Shown piece after piece: positions 42,786 through 51,471 of a stretch of 64,000 nt of DNA. A model generated the notes under the pieces. It had not been told where the DNA came from and ran no database searches. It saw only the letters and a program-made list of their open reading frames with translations. The position numbers and the translations under genes were made by a program. Numbering within the stretch: position 1 is the first letter of the stretch; every line of letters begins with the position of its first letter. The stretch comes from Blastocatellia bacterium (GTDB lineage: Bacteria; Acidobacteriota; Blastocatellia; UBA7656), in contig CAVXWP010000001.1 of assembly GCA_963765495.1 (NCBI GenBank), positions 960,001 through 1,024,000 of the forward strand, read 5' to 3'.

Positions 42786-42852
42786 ATTCATTCGGGAATT
42801 GGTATAAGAGATCACTGTGTCTGCGGTGCCTCTGTTGCGAATTCCTTTGATA

Positions 42853-44241
42853 TTAAAGAGGGAGTGTGACCGTAAATGTGCTGCCGCGCCCGGGCTGGCT
42901 GTCAAGGTCAATAGTGCCGTTGTGCGATTCGGCTACCCATCTGGCTATCGAAAGCCCGAGCCCGCTTCCGCCTTCGGCGCGAGAGCGCGCTTTAGAGACT
43001 CTGTAAAACCTCTCGAAGACGTGGCTTGCGGCATCGACCGGGATCCCTATGCCGGTATCGGAGACGATTATCTTTGCCTGTCGCTTTCCGCTTTCCAGCC
43101 TTACGACGATAGAGCCGCCCGTGGGCGTGTATTTCACCGCGTTATCGAGCAGATTCAAAATCAGCCGCCTCAGCATATCTTCATCGCCCTGAAACGGTGC
43201 GTCCTGACCGGAATCCGATACGAGAGCCACGCCCTTTCGAAGTGCAAGGATTTGCGCCGCCTTGCAGCATTCTTCGACCAGATCGTTCAGATAAAACTCT
43301 TCCCGGACCATTGGGCGCTGTCCCGCGTCTGCGCGAGCAAGCGCGAGCATATCGTCTACGATGCGGGAAAGTCTGCGGGTTTCGTCCTGAATGATCGCAA
43401 GCGATTCTCTGTATTCATGGGCGTCGCGGTCCTGGGACAGCGCCACTTCGGCCTCGCCCCTTATGATCGAAAGCGGGGTGCGAAGCTCGTGCGAAGCGTC
43501 GGCCATAAACCCCTTCATCTTTTCGAATGACTGTTCGAGCCGGGAAAGCAACTCGTTGAAGACTTCGGCAAGCAGCCCGAGTTCGTCGCTTTTGTTGCGA
43601 ACCTTCAGCCGTTCGTGGAGGTTGCTTGCGCCTATCGCGCGAGCCTGATCCGACATTATCACTACGGGCGCGAGGCTCTTTCTGGCGAGCAAAAATCCTC
43701 CAAACCCGGCTATGAAAAGCGCCGTAGGCAACGCCATATAATAAATGCGCCTCGTGGCCTCGAGTTGCTCGATCACATCGTGCAACGGTTCGGCAATAAC
43801 AACGAAATACTTTGCGCCCTCCTGTTTGATTGGAAGCGCCACAACGCGCGCGCCCTCTTCGCCAAAGCCGTCTGTTGTGTGAAATGCCGGGCGGTCGCCG
43901 CCTGTCGCCTGAAAGAGTTCCGATGTGAGCGCGGGGGACAAGTCCTGCGGGTAGTTTGAAGCCAGCAATTGATCTCCGGCATAGAAGGACGTGTAGAGGC
44001 CGGGCAACGACAGCTCGCGCAGGGTCTCTTCGGCTCCGAGCTTCGTATTGCCTCCGTTTTCTTCTGTCTCCCCCACGAATTCCGAGGCCATACTTTTGGC
44101 GGCCTTCGAGAGCGAGTCGTCCATCTGATTGTATAGATTTCTTGACAGCAGCGCATAAGTGAAGACGCTGAAGCCAATGAGCAACAACCCGAAGATCAGC
44201 ACATACCAGAGCGTAAGACGTACGCGAATGCTGCTAAACAC
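42853..44241 (-). CDS. HAMP sensor histidine kinase (CusS/CzcS-like)
   Basis: Two TM helices, HAMP, ADASHELRTP, NLLDNAVKY, DTGIGI, GSGLGL. Confidence 0.95.
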   Translation of the reverse strand: MFSSIRVRLTLWYVLIFGLLLIGFSVFTYALLSRNLYNQMDDSLSKAAKSMASEFVGETEENGGNTKLGAEETLRELSLPGLYTSFYAGDQLLASNYPQDLSPALTSELFQATGGDRPAFHTTDGFGEEGARVVALPIKQEGAKYFVVIAEPLHDVIEQLEATRRIYYMALPTALFIAGFGGFLLARKSLAPVVIMSDQARAIGASNLHERLKVRNKSDELGLLAEVFNELLSRLEQSFEKMKGFMADASHELRTPLSIIRGEAEVALSQDRDAHEYRESLAIIQDETRRLSRIVDDMLALARADAGQRPMVREEFYLNDLVEECCKAAQILALRKGVALVSDSGQDAPFQGDEDMLRRLILNLLDNAVKYTPTGGSIVVRLESGKRQAKIIVSDTGIGIPVDAASHVFERFYRVSKARSRAEGGSGLGLSIARWVAESHNGTIDLDSQPGRGSTFTVTLPL

Positions 44242-44923
44242 TTTCGCCCTCCAGATCGGCCGAGAAGATATAACCTTCGCCGCGTCGTGTGTGAATCAGC
44301 GTTCTGTCAAAACCTTCATCGATCTTCTTTCGCAGGCGGCGCACATACACGTCTATGACATTTGAAAAGGGATCGAAATTCTCATCCCAGACGTGTTGAG
44401 CAATCTCGCTGCGCCCGAGCAGTTTGCCCTCTCTCATCATAAAGAACTCAAGCAGGGCGTACTCTTTGGCGGTCAGGCTGATGCTTTGCCCCCGTCGCGT
44501 GACGCCGTGGCTCGTCGTGTTGAGAGTCAAATCGGCCGTCTGAAGCACTTCCGGCCTTAGTTCCTTCGATCTTCTGAGGAGCGCGCGCACGCGAGCGAGC
44601 AGTTCCTTGAAATCGAAAGGCTTGGTCAGGTAATCATCTGCGCCTGAGTCAAGCCCGGCGACCCGATCATCAATGTCGTCGCGGGCGGTCAGCATCAGAA
44701 TCGGAGTCACAGCGCCCCGGGTGCGAAGCTTGCGACACACGGTGAACCCGTCCTTTACCGGCAACATCACGTCGAGGATTATCAAATCGTATTCGTTGAG
44801 AAAAGCCTGATAGAGAGCCTCTTCGCCGTCGGAGGCGATGTCAACCGCATAGCTCTGCTCGCGCAGCCCCTTCGATATGAAGCGCGCGACTCGCGGCTCG
44901 TCTTCTACAAGTAAAACTCTCAA
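44234..44923 (-). CDS. OmpR-family response regulator (CusR/CzcR-like)
   Basis: LLVEDE, LDVMLP, GADDYLTKPF, NVIDVYVRRLRKK, TRRGEGY. TTG start inferred. Confidence 0.95.
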   Translation of the reverse strand: MRVLLVEDEPRVARFISKGLREQSYAVDIASDGEEALYQAFLNEYDLIILDVMLPVKDGFTVCRKLRTRGAVTPILMLTARDDIDDRVAGLDSGADDYLTKPFDFKELLARVRALLRRSKELRPEVLQTADLTLNTTSHGVTRRGQSISLTAKEYALLEFFMMREGKLLGRSEIAQHVWDENFDPFSNVIDVYVRRLRKKIDEGFDRTLIHTRRGEGYIFSADLEGESV

Positions 44924-44957
44924 TCTCGCTCGGCCTCTTCGCGATGTGCTCAAGGAT

Positions 44958-44989
44958 ATTTTAGCAGGAGAAGATTAAAATTCGATGAG
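44958..44989 (-). promoter_or_regulatory. putative autoregulatory response-regulator site plus -10
   Basis: Minus strand CTCATC-N5-TTAATC-N9-TAAAAT. Confidence 0.6.
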
Positions 44990-45002
44990 CAACGAAAGCG
45001 AA

Positions 45003-45083
45003 GATTCGTGATTCGTGATTTTCAAGCAGGCAGCTTGTTAAAGACGATTTGCAAAACTGTTTGGGTCACGCATCACGCATCAC
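45003..45083 (+). repeat. family 1 element, copy C
   Basis: (GATTCGT)2-GAT, 45-bp core, GTCACGC-ATCACGC-ATCAC. Confidence 0.85.
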
Positions 45084-45091
45084 TTGCCTTT

Positions 45092-47872
45092 TCAGCCCGT
45101 GTTGCGAAGCCCCGCCGCGATGCCGTTTATCGTGGCCGCGAGCGCGTAATTCAATTCTTCGCCCTGCTCGCCTGCTCGCTTGCGGCGCAACAACTCGACT
45201 TGAATCAGGCTCATGGGATCGACGTAAGGGTTTCGCAATTTTATCGAACGGGCAAGGACCGGGTTGGTTTCAAGCAGACGAGTCTGCCCGCTCACCTTCA
45301 AAATCATGCGGATTGAGCGTTCGAACTCTTCGGCTATCATGGGAAAGACACGCTCTCTGAGTTTTTGATCCGAAACCAGTTCGGCATAAAGCTGCGCTAT
45401 ACCGAGGTCGGCTTTTGCAAGCGCCATCTCCATGTTTCGGATCATGTCTCGAAAGAGCGGGAACCGCACCATCATAGCCTTCAGCAGCGCCTCGTTTTCG
45501 GCGCTCTTTTGTGCGAAGCGTTCTAGCGCATAGCCTACGCCGAAATAGGCGGGCAACACGCTGCGACTCTGCATCCAGCCAAAGACCCACGGTATGGCCC
45601 GCAAATCATCGAGGCCGCGACTCTCGCCGCGTCGCGCCGGACGCGACCCTATCATCGCGTGCTTTAATTCGAGGACCGGCGTCGATTCTTCAAAGTAAGG
45701 CAGGATGTCTGGGTTGTCGTAAACCTTCTCGCGGTAGCAGGCAAAAGCATCCCTCGACATGCTCTCCATAGCCGCTTCCCATTCCTCTTTTACCCCGGCC
45801 TCCTGGTTGCCTGCTTCGGCAAGGGATTCGAGCGCGGCGGCTATCATCACTTCAAGGCTGTTTTCGGCAAGCACAGGGTCGGAGTATTTCCAGTTCAATA
45901 CTTCGCCCTGTTCGGTTATCTTCATCTGCCCGCTGAATGCCCCGGCGGGTTGAGCGAGTATCGCTCGAAACGTAGGCCCGCCGCCTCGCCCGACCGTACC
46001 GCCTCGCCCGTGAAAGAGCCTCAATTTCACGCCACACTCGCGCGCCACATCGTGCAACGCACGGTGAGCCTTGAAGATTTCCCAAGTGCTTGTAAGCATC
46101 CCGCCGTCCTTGTTCGAATCCGAGTAACCGAGCATCACTTCCTGATTGCGACCCCAGGAATCGATTAGCCTCGCGTAATCGGGCAGCGTCCAGAGTCGGC
46201 GGCATATTTCGGGGCAGTTGCGCAAATCCTCTATGGATTCAAACAGAGGGACGGGAAGGATGCCGGGGTCATCCCGGGATGAGGCCGCGACCCGCACCCC
46301 GCTCAACTCCGCGAGCCACGCCACGGCCAGAATGTCTTCGACGCATTGAGAGCCGCTGATTACATAGCTTTGTATGGCGCGCGGCGAATAATCCTTTTTG
46401 AACTCCGCCACGGCGCGCAGGGTGTCAAGCAGGTCGGTGGTTTCGGGTGAAGGCGGAGAGGGCAGATGAGAGCTTCCGCTTTCGCACAGCAGATCACCGC
46501 TTGAAAGCTCTTTTATAGCGCCTCGGTGCAGGCGGGCGTGCTGACGTATGTCGAGAGTGTGCAGGTGAAAGCTGAAGGTCTCGACCTGTCTGAGCAGAGG
46601 CGAAATCAGCAATCGGGCGAGCCTCTCTCCTTTATTGCTCTCAAGGCTTTCGCGCATGACGGACAGGTCGGCGGCAAATTCCCGCGCATCAGGATACGCA
46701 TCATCGTGCTTTGGATCGTCGAGCGTTCGCTGCAATCTGAGCAGTACGTAAACCAGAAAGCGGCGATAGGGTTCGTTTTCCCAGCCGGTTCCCGCCTTTA
46801 AATCCGTGGAGGTGATGGTCGAGGTGTAACGGTCGAGCCTCTGCTGTAATGATCTGGAAATCCCGGTCTGCATACGCGATGTGCTGAGTCTCCTGACCAG
46901 TTCTTCGGTCGCGTTTATGTAGTGACCCAGTATGGTTTCGCGGGCCATACGCAATGCCTCGCCCGTCGTTTCGGGTGTGACATAAGGATTGCCGTCGCGG
47001 TCGCCGCCTATCCACGAGCCGAACCTGACAAGCGCGGGCAGATCGCTTGCGGCAATTTCAAGCCCGAACACAGAGCGAAAGGCACTGGCTATCCCATCGT
47101 AAAGCCCCGGCAACGTGGGTATGAGCGTGGTCGGATAATAATCCAACCCCATCTTTATTTCATCGCGCACGGTGGGCCGCTGGCGGCGCACTTCGTCCGT
47201 CTGCCAGAGGGCCGTGATTTCGGCGGCTATAGCCTCTTCGTGTTCGGCGGCTTCCGATTCGGTGAGTGGAAGGCGGTCGAGTTTTTCCAGTCTCTCAGAG
47301 ATTCGCCTTCTTTTGAGCAACACCGTCCGCCTTGCGACCTCGGTCGGATGGGCGGTGAAGACAGGGATGATCTCTATCTCTTTGAGCAGCGCGAGCGCCT
47401 CTTCTGCGGATGTCCCCGCTTCCTTCAAATGCGCGAGCGCGCCGCGAAATGAACGTCTCTCAAAATTGCGATCCGGCGATAGCTCTGCCGCGCGGCGGCG
47501 GCGTTTGCGGTGATTGGTTTCAGCCAGATTGGTCAATTCGAAATAGATGGCGAATGCTTTTGTCAGATGATAGGCGCGGTCGAGGTCGGCTCGGCTGATG
47601 ATGCTTCTGGCGCGTTCGAGCAATTCGGCCTCGCCCGAATCTGCCTGACTTTCCAGGCGCAATTCCCTGTGCTGAATGGCGAGCAGCCGAAGCTCCTCGA
47701 CCGCATCAAAAAGTTTTTGCCCGCCCTGTTCCTTCAACACCTCGCCAAGCAACCGCCCAAGCGAGCGCACGTCGCGGCGCAGCGGCTTTTCTTTCTCCTC
47801 GCCCGAATCACCGATCAATTCGACCAGCCGCGCGATCTGATCTTCGGTCTCCCATAATGGTTCTGCCTTCAT
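45092..47872 (-). CDS. ppc: phosphoenolpyruvate carboxylase
   Basis: VFTAHPTE, WIGGDRDGNP, QEVMLGYSDSNKDGG, FHGRGGTVGRGGGP, LRAIPWVF, GLRNTG. Confidence 0.98.
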   Translation of the reverse strand: MKAEPLWETEDQIARLVELIGDSGEEKEKPLRRDVRSLGRLLGEVLKEQGGQKLFDAVEELRLLAIQHRELRLESQADSGEAELLERARSIISRADLDRAYHLTKAFAIYFELTNLAETNHRKRRRRAAELSPDRNFERRSFRGALAHLKEAGTSAEEALALLKEIEIIPVFTAHPTEVARRTVLLKRRRISERLEKLDRLPLTESEAAEHEEAIAAEITALWQTDEVRRQRPTVRDEIKMGLDYYPTTLIPTLPGLYDGIASAFRSVFGLEIAASDLPALVRFGSWIGGDRDGNPYVTPETTGEALRMARETILGHYINATEELVRRLSTSRMQTGISRSLQQRLDRYTSTITSTDLKAGTGWENEPYRRFLVYVLLRLQRTLDDPKHDDAYPDAREFAADLSVMRESLESNKGERLARLLISPLLRQVETFSFHLHTLDIRQHARLHRGAIKELSSGDLLCESGSSHLPSPPSPETTDLLDTLRAVAEFKKDYSPRAIQSYVISGSQCVEDILAVAWLAELSGVRVAASSRDDPGILPVPLFESIEDLRNCPEICRRLWTLPDYARLIDSWGRNQEVMLGYSDSNKDGGMLTSTWEIFKAHRALHDVARECGVKLRLFHGRGGTVGRGGGPTFRAILAQPAGAFSGQMKITEQGEVLNWKYSDPVLAENSLEVMIAAALESLAEAGNQEAGVKEEWEAAMESMSRDAFACYREKVYDNPDILPYFEESTPVLELKHAMIGSRPARRGESRGLDDLRAIPWVFGWMQSRSVLPAYFGVGYALERFAQKSAENEALLKAMMVRFPLFRDMIRNMEMALAKADLGIAQLYAELVSDQKLRERVFPMIAEEFERSIRMILKVSGQTRLLETNPVLARSIKLRNPYVDPMSLIQVELLRRKRAGEQGEELNYALAATINGIAAGLRNTG

Positions 47873-47941
47873 AGCCTGTTACCTGATCCCCTCTTAATTG
47901 AGCATAAGTGATGCTCCGGCAGATGAGCAATAGATCGAGGC

Positions 47942-48050
47942 TGATCCGTGAAAAGTGATTCGTGAAAAGTGATTCGTGACTTCCAGGCATCGCGCTTGTA
48001 AAAACCGACTTGCAAGCCTGCTTGCGTCACGGATCACGGATCACGAATCA
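47942..48050 (+). repeat. family 1 element, copy D
   Basis: GTGAAAA/GTGATTC units, 45-bp core, GTCACGG-ATCACGG-ATCACGA-ATCA. Confidence 0.85.
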
Positions 48051-48062
48051 TTGTCCTGTCCG

Positions 48063-48088
48063 GGAATAATTTTAACCGGCAGCGGGTA
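48063..48088 (+). promoter_or_regulatory. possible ECF autoregulatory promoter
   Basis: GGAAT-N18-GTA resembles the SigR/SigH consensus GGAAT-N18-GTT. Confidence 0.35.
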
Positions 48089-48125
48089 TACTCTCATGTC
48101 ATAGATATTTAGTGACGGAGATAAA

Positions 48126-48668
48126 TTGGCAGAGCCGAGATCAGATTCGCCCATACTGAAATTTGAACGGGAAGCCCTGACGCATCTTGATGCATTGATG
48201 AGGGCCGCTACGCGGATCGTGCGCGCTCGCCAGGAGGCCGAAGACATCGTGCAGGAGACTTATCTGCGGGCGTGGAAGTATTTCGACTCTTTCGAGACCG
48301 GATCAAATTGCGCCTCGTGGTTGTTCCGCATAATGTTCAACGTCATAAACGGCAGAAAGGGAAAAGAGGCCAGAATGCCCGAGTCTCCGCTTGAAAATGA
48401 AGATCGAATCGATTATCAGCCTGGCAATGTAGTTGCGATGGACCCGCTCAAGCGACTCGAAGGCCGAGAGGTGCTGGAAGCAACTGAGCAATTATCCGAA
48501 GATCACCGCTCGGTTTTGTGGCTGGTCGTGGTCGAAGAGTTTTCGTATAAGGAGGCGGCCGACATACTCGGCGTCCCTATAGGGACGGTGATGTCACGTC
48601 TTCATCGCGCTCGCCGCGACCTCCGCAGGATACTTATAACAAGCGGGCTGAAAGGCGCTGCGGGGTAA
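48126..48668 (+). CDS. ECF sigma-70 factor
   Basis: AEDIVQETYLRA, WLFRIM.N, SYKEAADILGVPIGTVMSRLHRAR. Confidence 0.95.
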   Translation: MAEPRSDSPILKFEREALTHLDALMRAATRIVRARQEAEDIVQETYLRAWKYFDSFETGSNCASWLFRIMFNVINGRKGKEARMPESPLENEDRIDYQPGNVVAMDPLKRLEGREVLEATEQLSEDHRSVLWLVVVEEFSYKEAADILGVPIGTVMSRLHRARRDLRRILITSGLKGAAG

Positions 48669-48720
48669 GTTCCCGTGCCGCCGGAGCATCGAATATAGTA
48701 AAGTAGGATTTGAGCTAACG

Positions 48721-49479
48721 ATGAATTGCAACGAAGTAAAAGAGATAATCCAGATTTACATGGATAGCGAACTGGATGCCCGAAACACGCTCGAGGCGCA
48801 ACGTCATCTGGACGGCTGTCCCTCGTGCCTTTCGCTGCTAAACGTGTTTCTGGATCAGGACCGGCTGTTGAAAGAAACCGCTCTCGCTGAAACGAGCGAC
48901 AACGGAAGGCTTCGCAAAGAGATACTTCAAGCCCTCCCAAAAGATGTCGCACGCGCACGCGGTAGCGTTGTATCGGCCTCGATTTTGAAGCGGGCAGCAG
49001 CAATTGCGGTCATCGCAACCCTCGCCGCGATATTTTTCCTGCGAGGCGCAACGCCCTTTATAGAGAATAAAGTTTATGCCGCCGCCGCCGCCGATCACGC
49101 CGCGCATTGCTCTATGGACAAGCTTGTGACGGCGATAAGCGATACTGATCAGATAAACCGTCTTATGGATCAATACGGCCAGATGAAAAATCCGCCCGAT
49201 CTTTCCCTATTCGGCTTTGGCGAACTTCGCGCAAAAGAGTGTCCAATCAACGGCGTAAGATGGCTTCACCTGATCTATCACGACTCAAGCGAGCGCCCGC
49301 TCTCTGTTTACATAGCGCCCCGCGGTGAAGCCCCGGCTGCCGGAGAACTGGTCGTGTTGGAGGAAAACGGCTACGAGGTTGCATCAATTGCCAGATCGGG
49401 CATTAATCTGATGGTCGTGTCATCTCTGGATAAAAAGCAAACTTCCGAAATAGCCCGCGCGATTACCGCGCAACTATAA
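48721..49479 (+). CDS. zf-HC2 (ZAS) transmembrane anti-sigma factor
   Basis: MNC...YMDSEL...HLDGCPSC, one TM helix, directly downstream of the sigma gene. Confidence 0.9.
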   Translation: MNCNEVKEIIQIYMDSELDARNTLEAQRHLDGCPSCLSLLNVFLDQDRLLKETALAETSDNGRLRKEILQALPKDVARARGSVVSASILKRAAAIAVIATLAAIFFLRGATPFIENKVYAAAAADHAAHCSMDKLVTAISDTDQINRLMDQYGQMKNPPDLSLFGFGELRAKECPINGVRWLHLIYHDSSERPLSVYIAPRGEAPAAGELVVLEENGYEVASIARSGINLMVVSSLDKKQTSEIARAITAQL

Positions 49480-49491
49480 AGCGAGACGATT

Positions 49492-50331
49492 ATGAAATAT
49501 CCTGTCACCATGCTTGTGATCCTTGTCGCATTGCTCGTCTTTTCATTTGCGATTACTCATCGGAAGGGCGACCGCCCGGCTGTCGGCACGTTCGAGCAAA
49601 CCGTCGAAGCCGCTACCGCATCAGGCGCGCCCGTCATAGTCGAGCTGTTCACATCCGAAGGGTGTTCGAGTTGTCCGCCTGCCGATCAGGTGCTCGCTCA
49701 ACTCGACAGAGAGCAACCCGTTCAGGGCGCGATGGTCATCGCGCTCAGCGAGCACGTAGACTATTGGAACTATATAGGCTGGACCGACCCCTATTCATCA
49801 TCCGCCTACAGCACGCGGCAGAACCGATATGCCGAGGTCTTTGGCCGCGATCAAATCTATACGCCACAGATGGTCGTTGACGGGCAGGCGGAATTCGTAG
49901 GCAGCAGCATGGATCGAGCGCGCAACGCGATTTCCAAAGCCGCGCAGTCTCCAAAGGCAACCGTGCAAATCTCTCGCGCCTTGCAGCCTGCCGGAAGCGA
50001 TAAGGTTCAACTCAAAGTTCACGTCGAAAACATGCCTGCCGTCAAAGACGGCAACGGGGTCGAGGTGATGCTTGCCGTAACAGAGAACAACCTGCGTTCA
50101 TCGGTTCAACGCGGGGAGAATGCCGGGCGCAAACTCGCCCACAGCGCCGTCACGCGAAGCCTCACGACCATAGGCCAGATCGCTTCGGGTAAGAATAATT
50201 TCGACGCCGAGCCCGTCATATCGCTTGCGAAAGAGTGGAAACCGACGGATTTGCGGGCGGTTATTTTTTTACAGGAACGCACAAGTCGCCGCATAATCGG
50301 GGCCGGGCAGATCAGTCTGGCCAAAGAGTAA
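49492..50331 (+). CDS. DUF1223 family thioredoxin-like secreted protein
   Basis: VELFTSEGCSSCPPAD, HVDYWNYIGW.DP, YTPQMVVDG, RGENAGR.L.H. Confidence 0.92.
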   Translation: MKYPVTMLVILVALLVFSFAITHRKGDRPAVGTFEQTVEAATASGAPVIVELFTSEGCSSCPPADQVLAQLDREQPVQGAMVIALSEHVDYWNYIGWTDPYSSSAYSTRQNRYAEVFGRDQIYTPQMVVDGQAEFVGSSMDRARNAISKAAQSPKATVQISRALQPAGSDKVQLKVHVENMPAVKDGNGVEVMLAVTENNLRSSVQRGENAGRKLAHSAVTRSLTTIGQIASGKNNFDAEPVISLAKEWKPTDLRAVIFLQERTSRRIIGAGQISLAKE

Positions 50332-50350
50332 CGCATTCAAGATCACTCGC

Positions 50351-50409
50351 CCCCATCTGAGATTTCAAATCTCAAATCTCAAATCTCAAATCCCAAATCT
50401 CGGATGGGG
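50351..50409 (+). repeat. family 2 element, best-preserved copy
   Basis: Arms CCCCATCTGAGATTT/AAATCTCGGATGGGG with about five tandem CAAATCT units. Confidence 0.85.
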
Positions 50410-50506
50410 TTCACCTCTCAGGCGAATATCTGTATATTATGAAACCTGAATGGTGGACACTTTATCAAATCCGGGCTCAGCCAAAGAGCATTCCGAAAGG
50501 GTCTCG

Positions 50507-51274
50507 ATGACCGTTCGCGTGCTGGGTTGTTCCGGCGGGCAGGTGCCCGGACATAACCTGTCTTCGTATTTGATGAACGACTCTTTGTTGATTGACGCGG
50601 GCTCGACTACCTCGGTGCTTGATCTGGAAGAGCAGGCAAAGATCGAAAATATTCTCATCACTCACGCCCATCTTGACCACGCGGGGTCGCTTGCCACTTT
50701 GTCTGACAATATGTTCGACCAGCGCGCAGACAGCATAATCGTCTGGGGGATACGCGAGACAATCTCTGCGCTCACGCTCTCGTTTTTCAATAATGTAATC
50801 TGGCCCGATTTCACAAGACTCACGAGCCGCGACCGGCCTCACCCGGTCATAGTGCTGCGCGAGCTACAGGAAGAACGGCCTGAGACGATAGGCGATTTTA
50901 CCATCACCGCCGTTGCCGTAGCTCATTCGGTCCCGGGAGTAGCCTATTTTATCGAGCGCCGGGGGACGACCCTCCTCCACGTAGGAGACACGGGGCCGAC
51001 CGAAAGAGTCTGGCAGATGGCCCGAATGGTTGAAAATCTCAGCGCCCTGACGCTCGAAGCCTCCTTCCCGAACAGACTCAAAGAGATTGCAGCCCGAAGC
51101 GGCCACCTGACGCCGGAGACCCTGGCCGGTGAGCTTGCCAAACTCGACAGACCAGATGTCCCCGTCTATGTCACACACCTCAAACCCGCCTATCGCGATG
51201 AGATTATCGCGGAACTCAAAGAAGTGCGGGGATATTCGCTGACTCTGATGAATGACGGCGATGTGATTCGTTTC

Positions 51275-51277
<3 letters not shown>
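50507..51277 (+). CDS. MBL-fold 3',5'-cyclic-nucleotide phosphodiesterase (class II-like)
   Basis: VLGCSGG, LIDAG, THAHLDH, FFNNVIWPDF, GDTGPT, HLTP, THLKP. Confidence 0.82.
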
Positions 51278-51464
<187 letters not shown>

Positions 51465-51471
51465 TTTCCCC

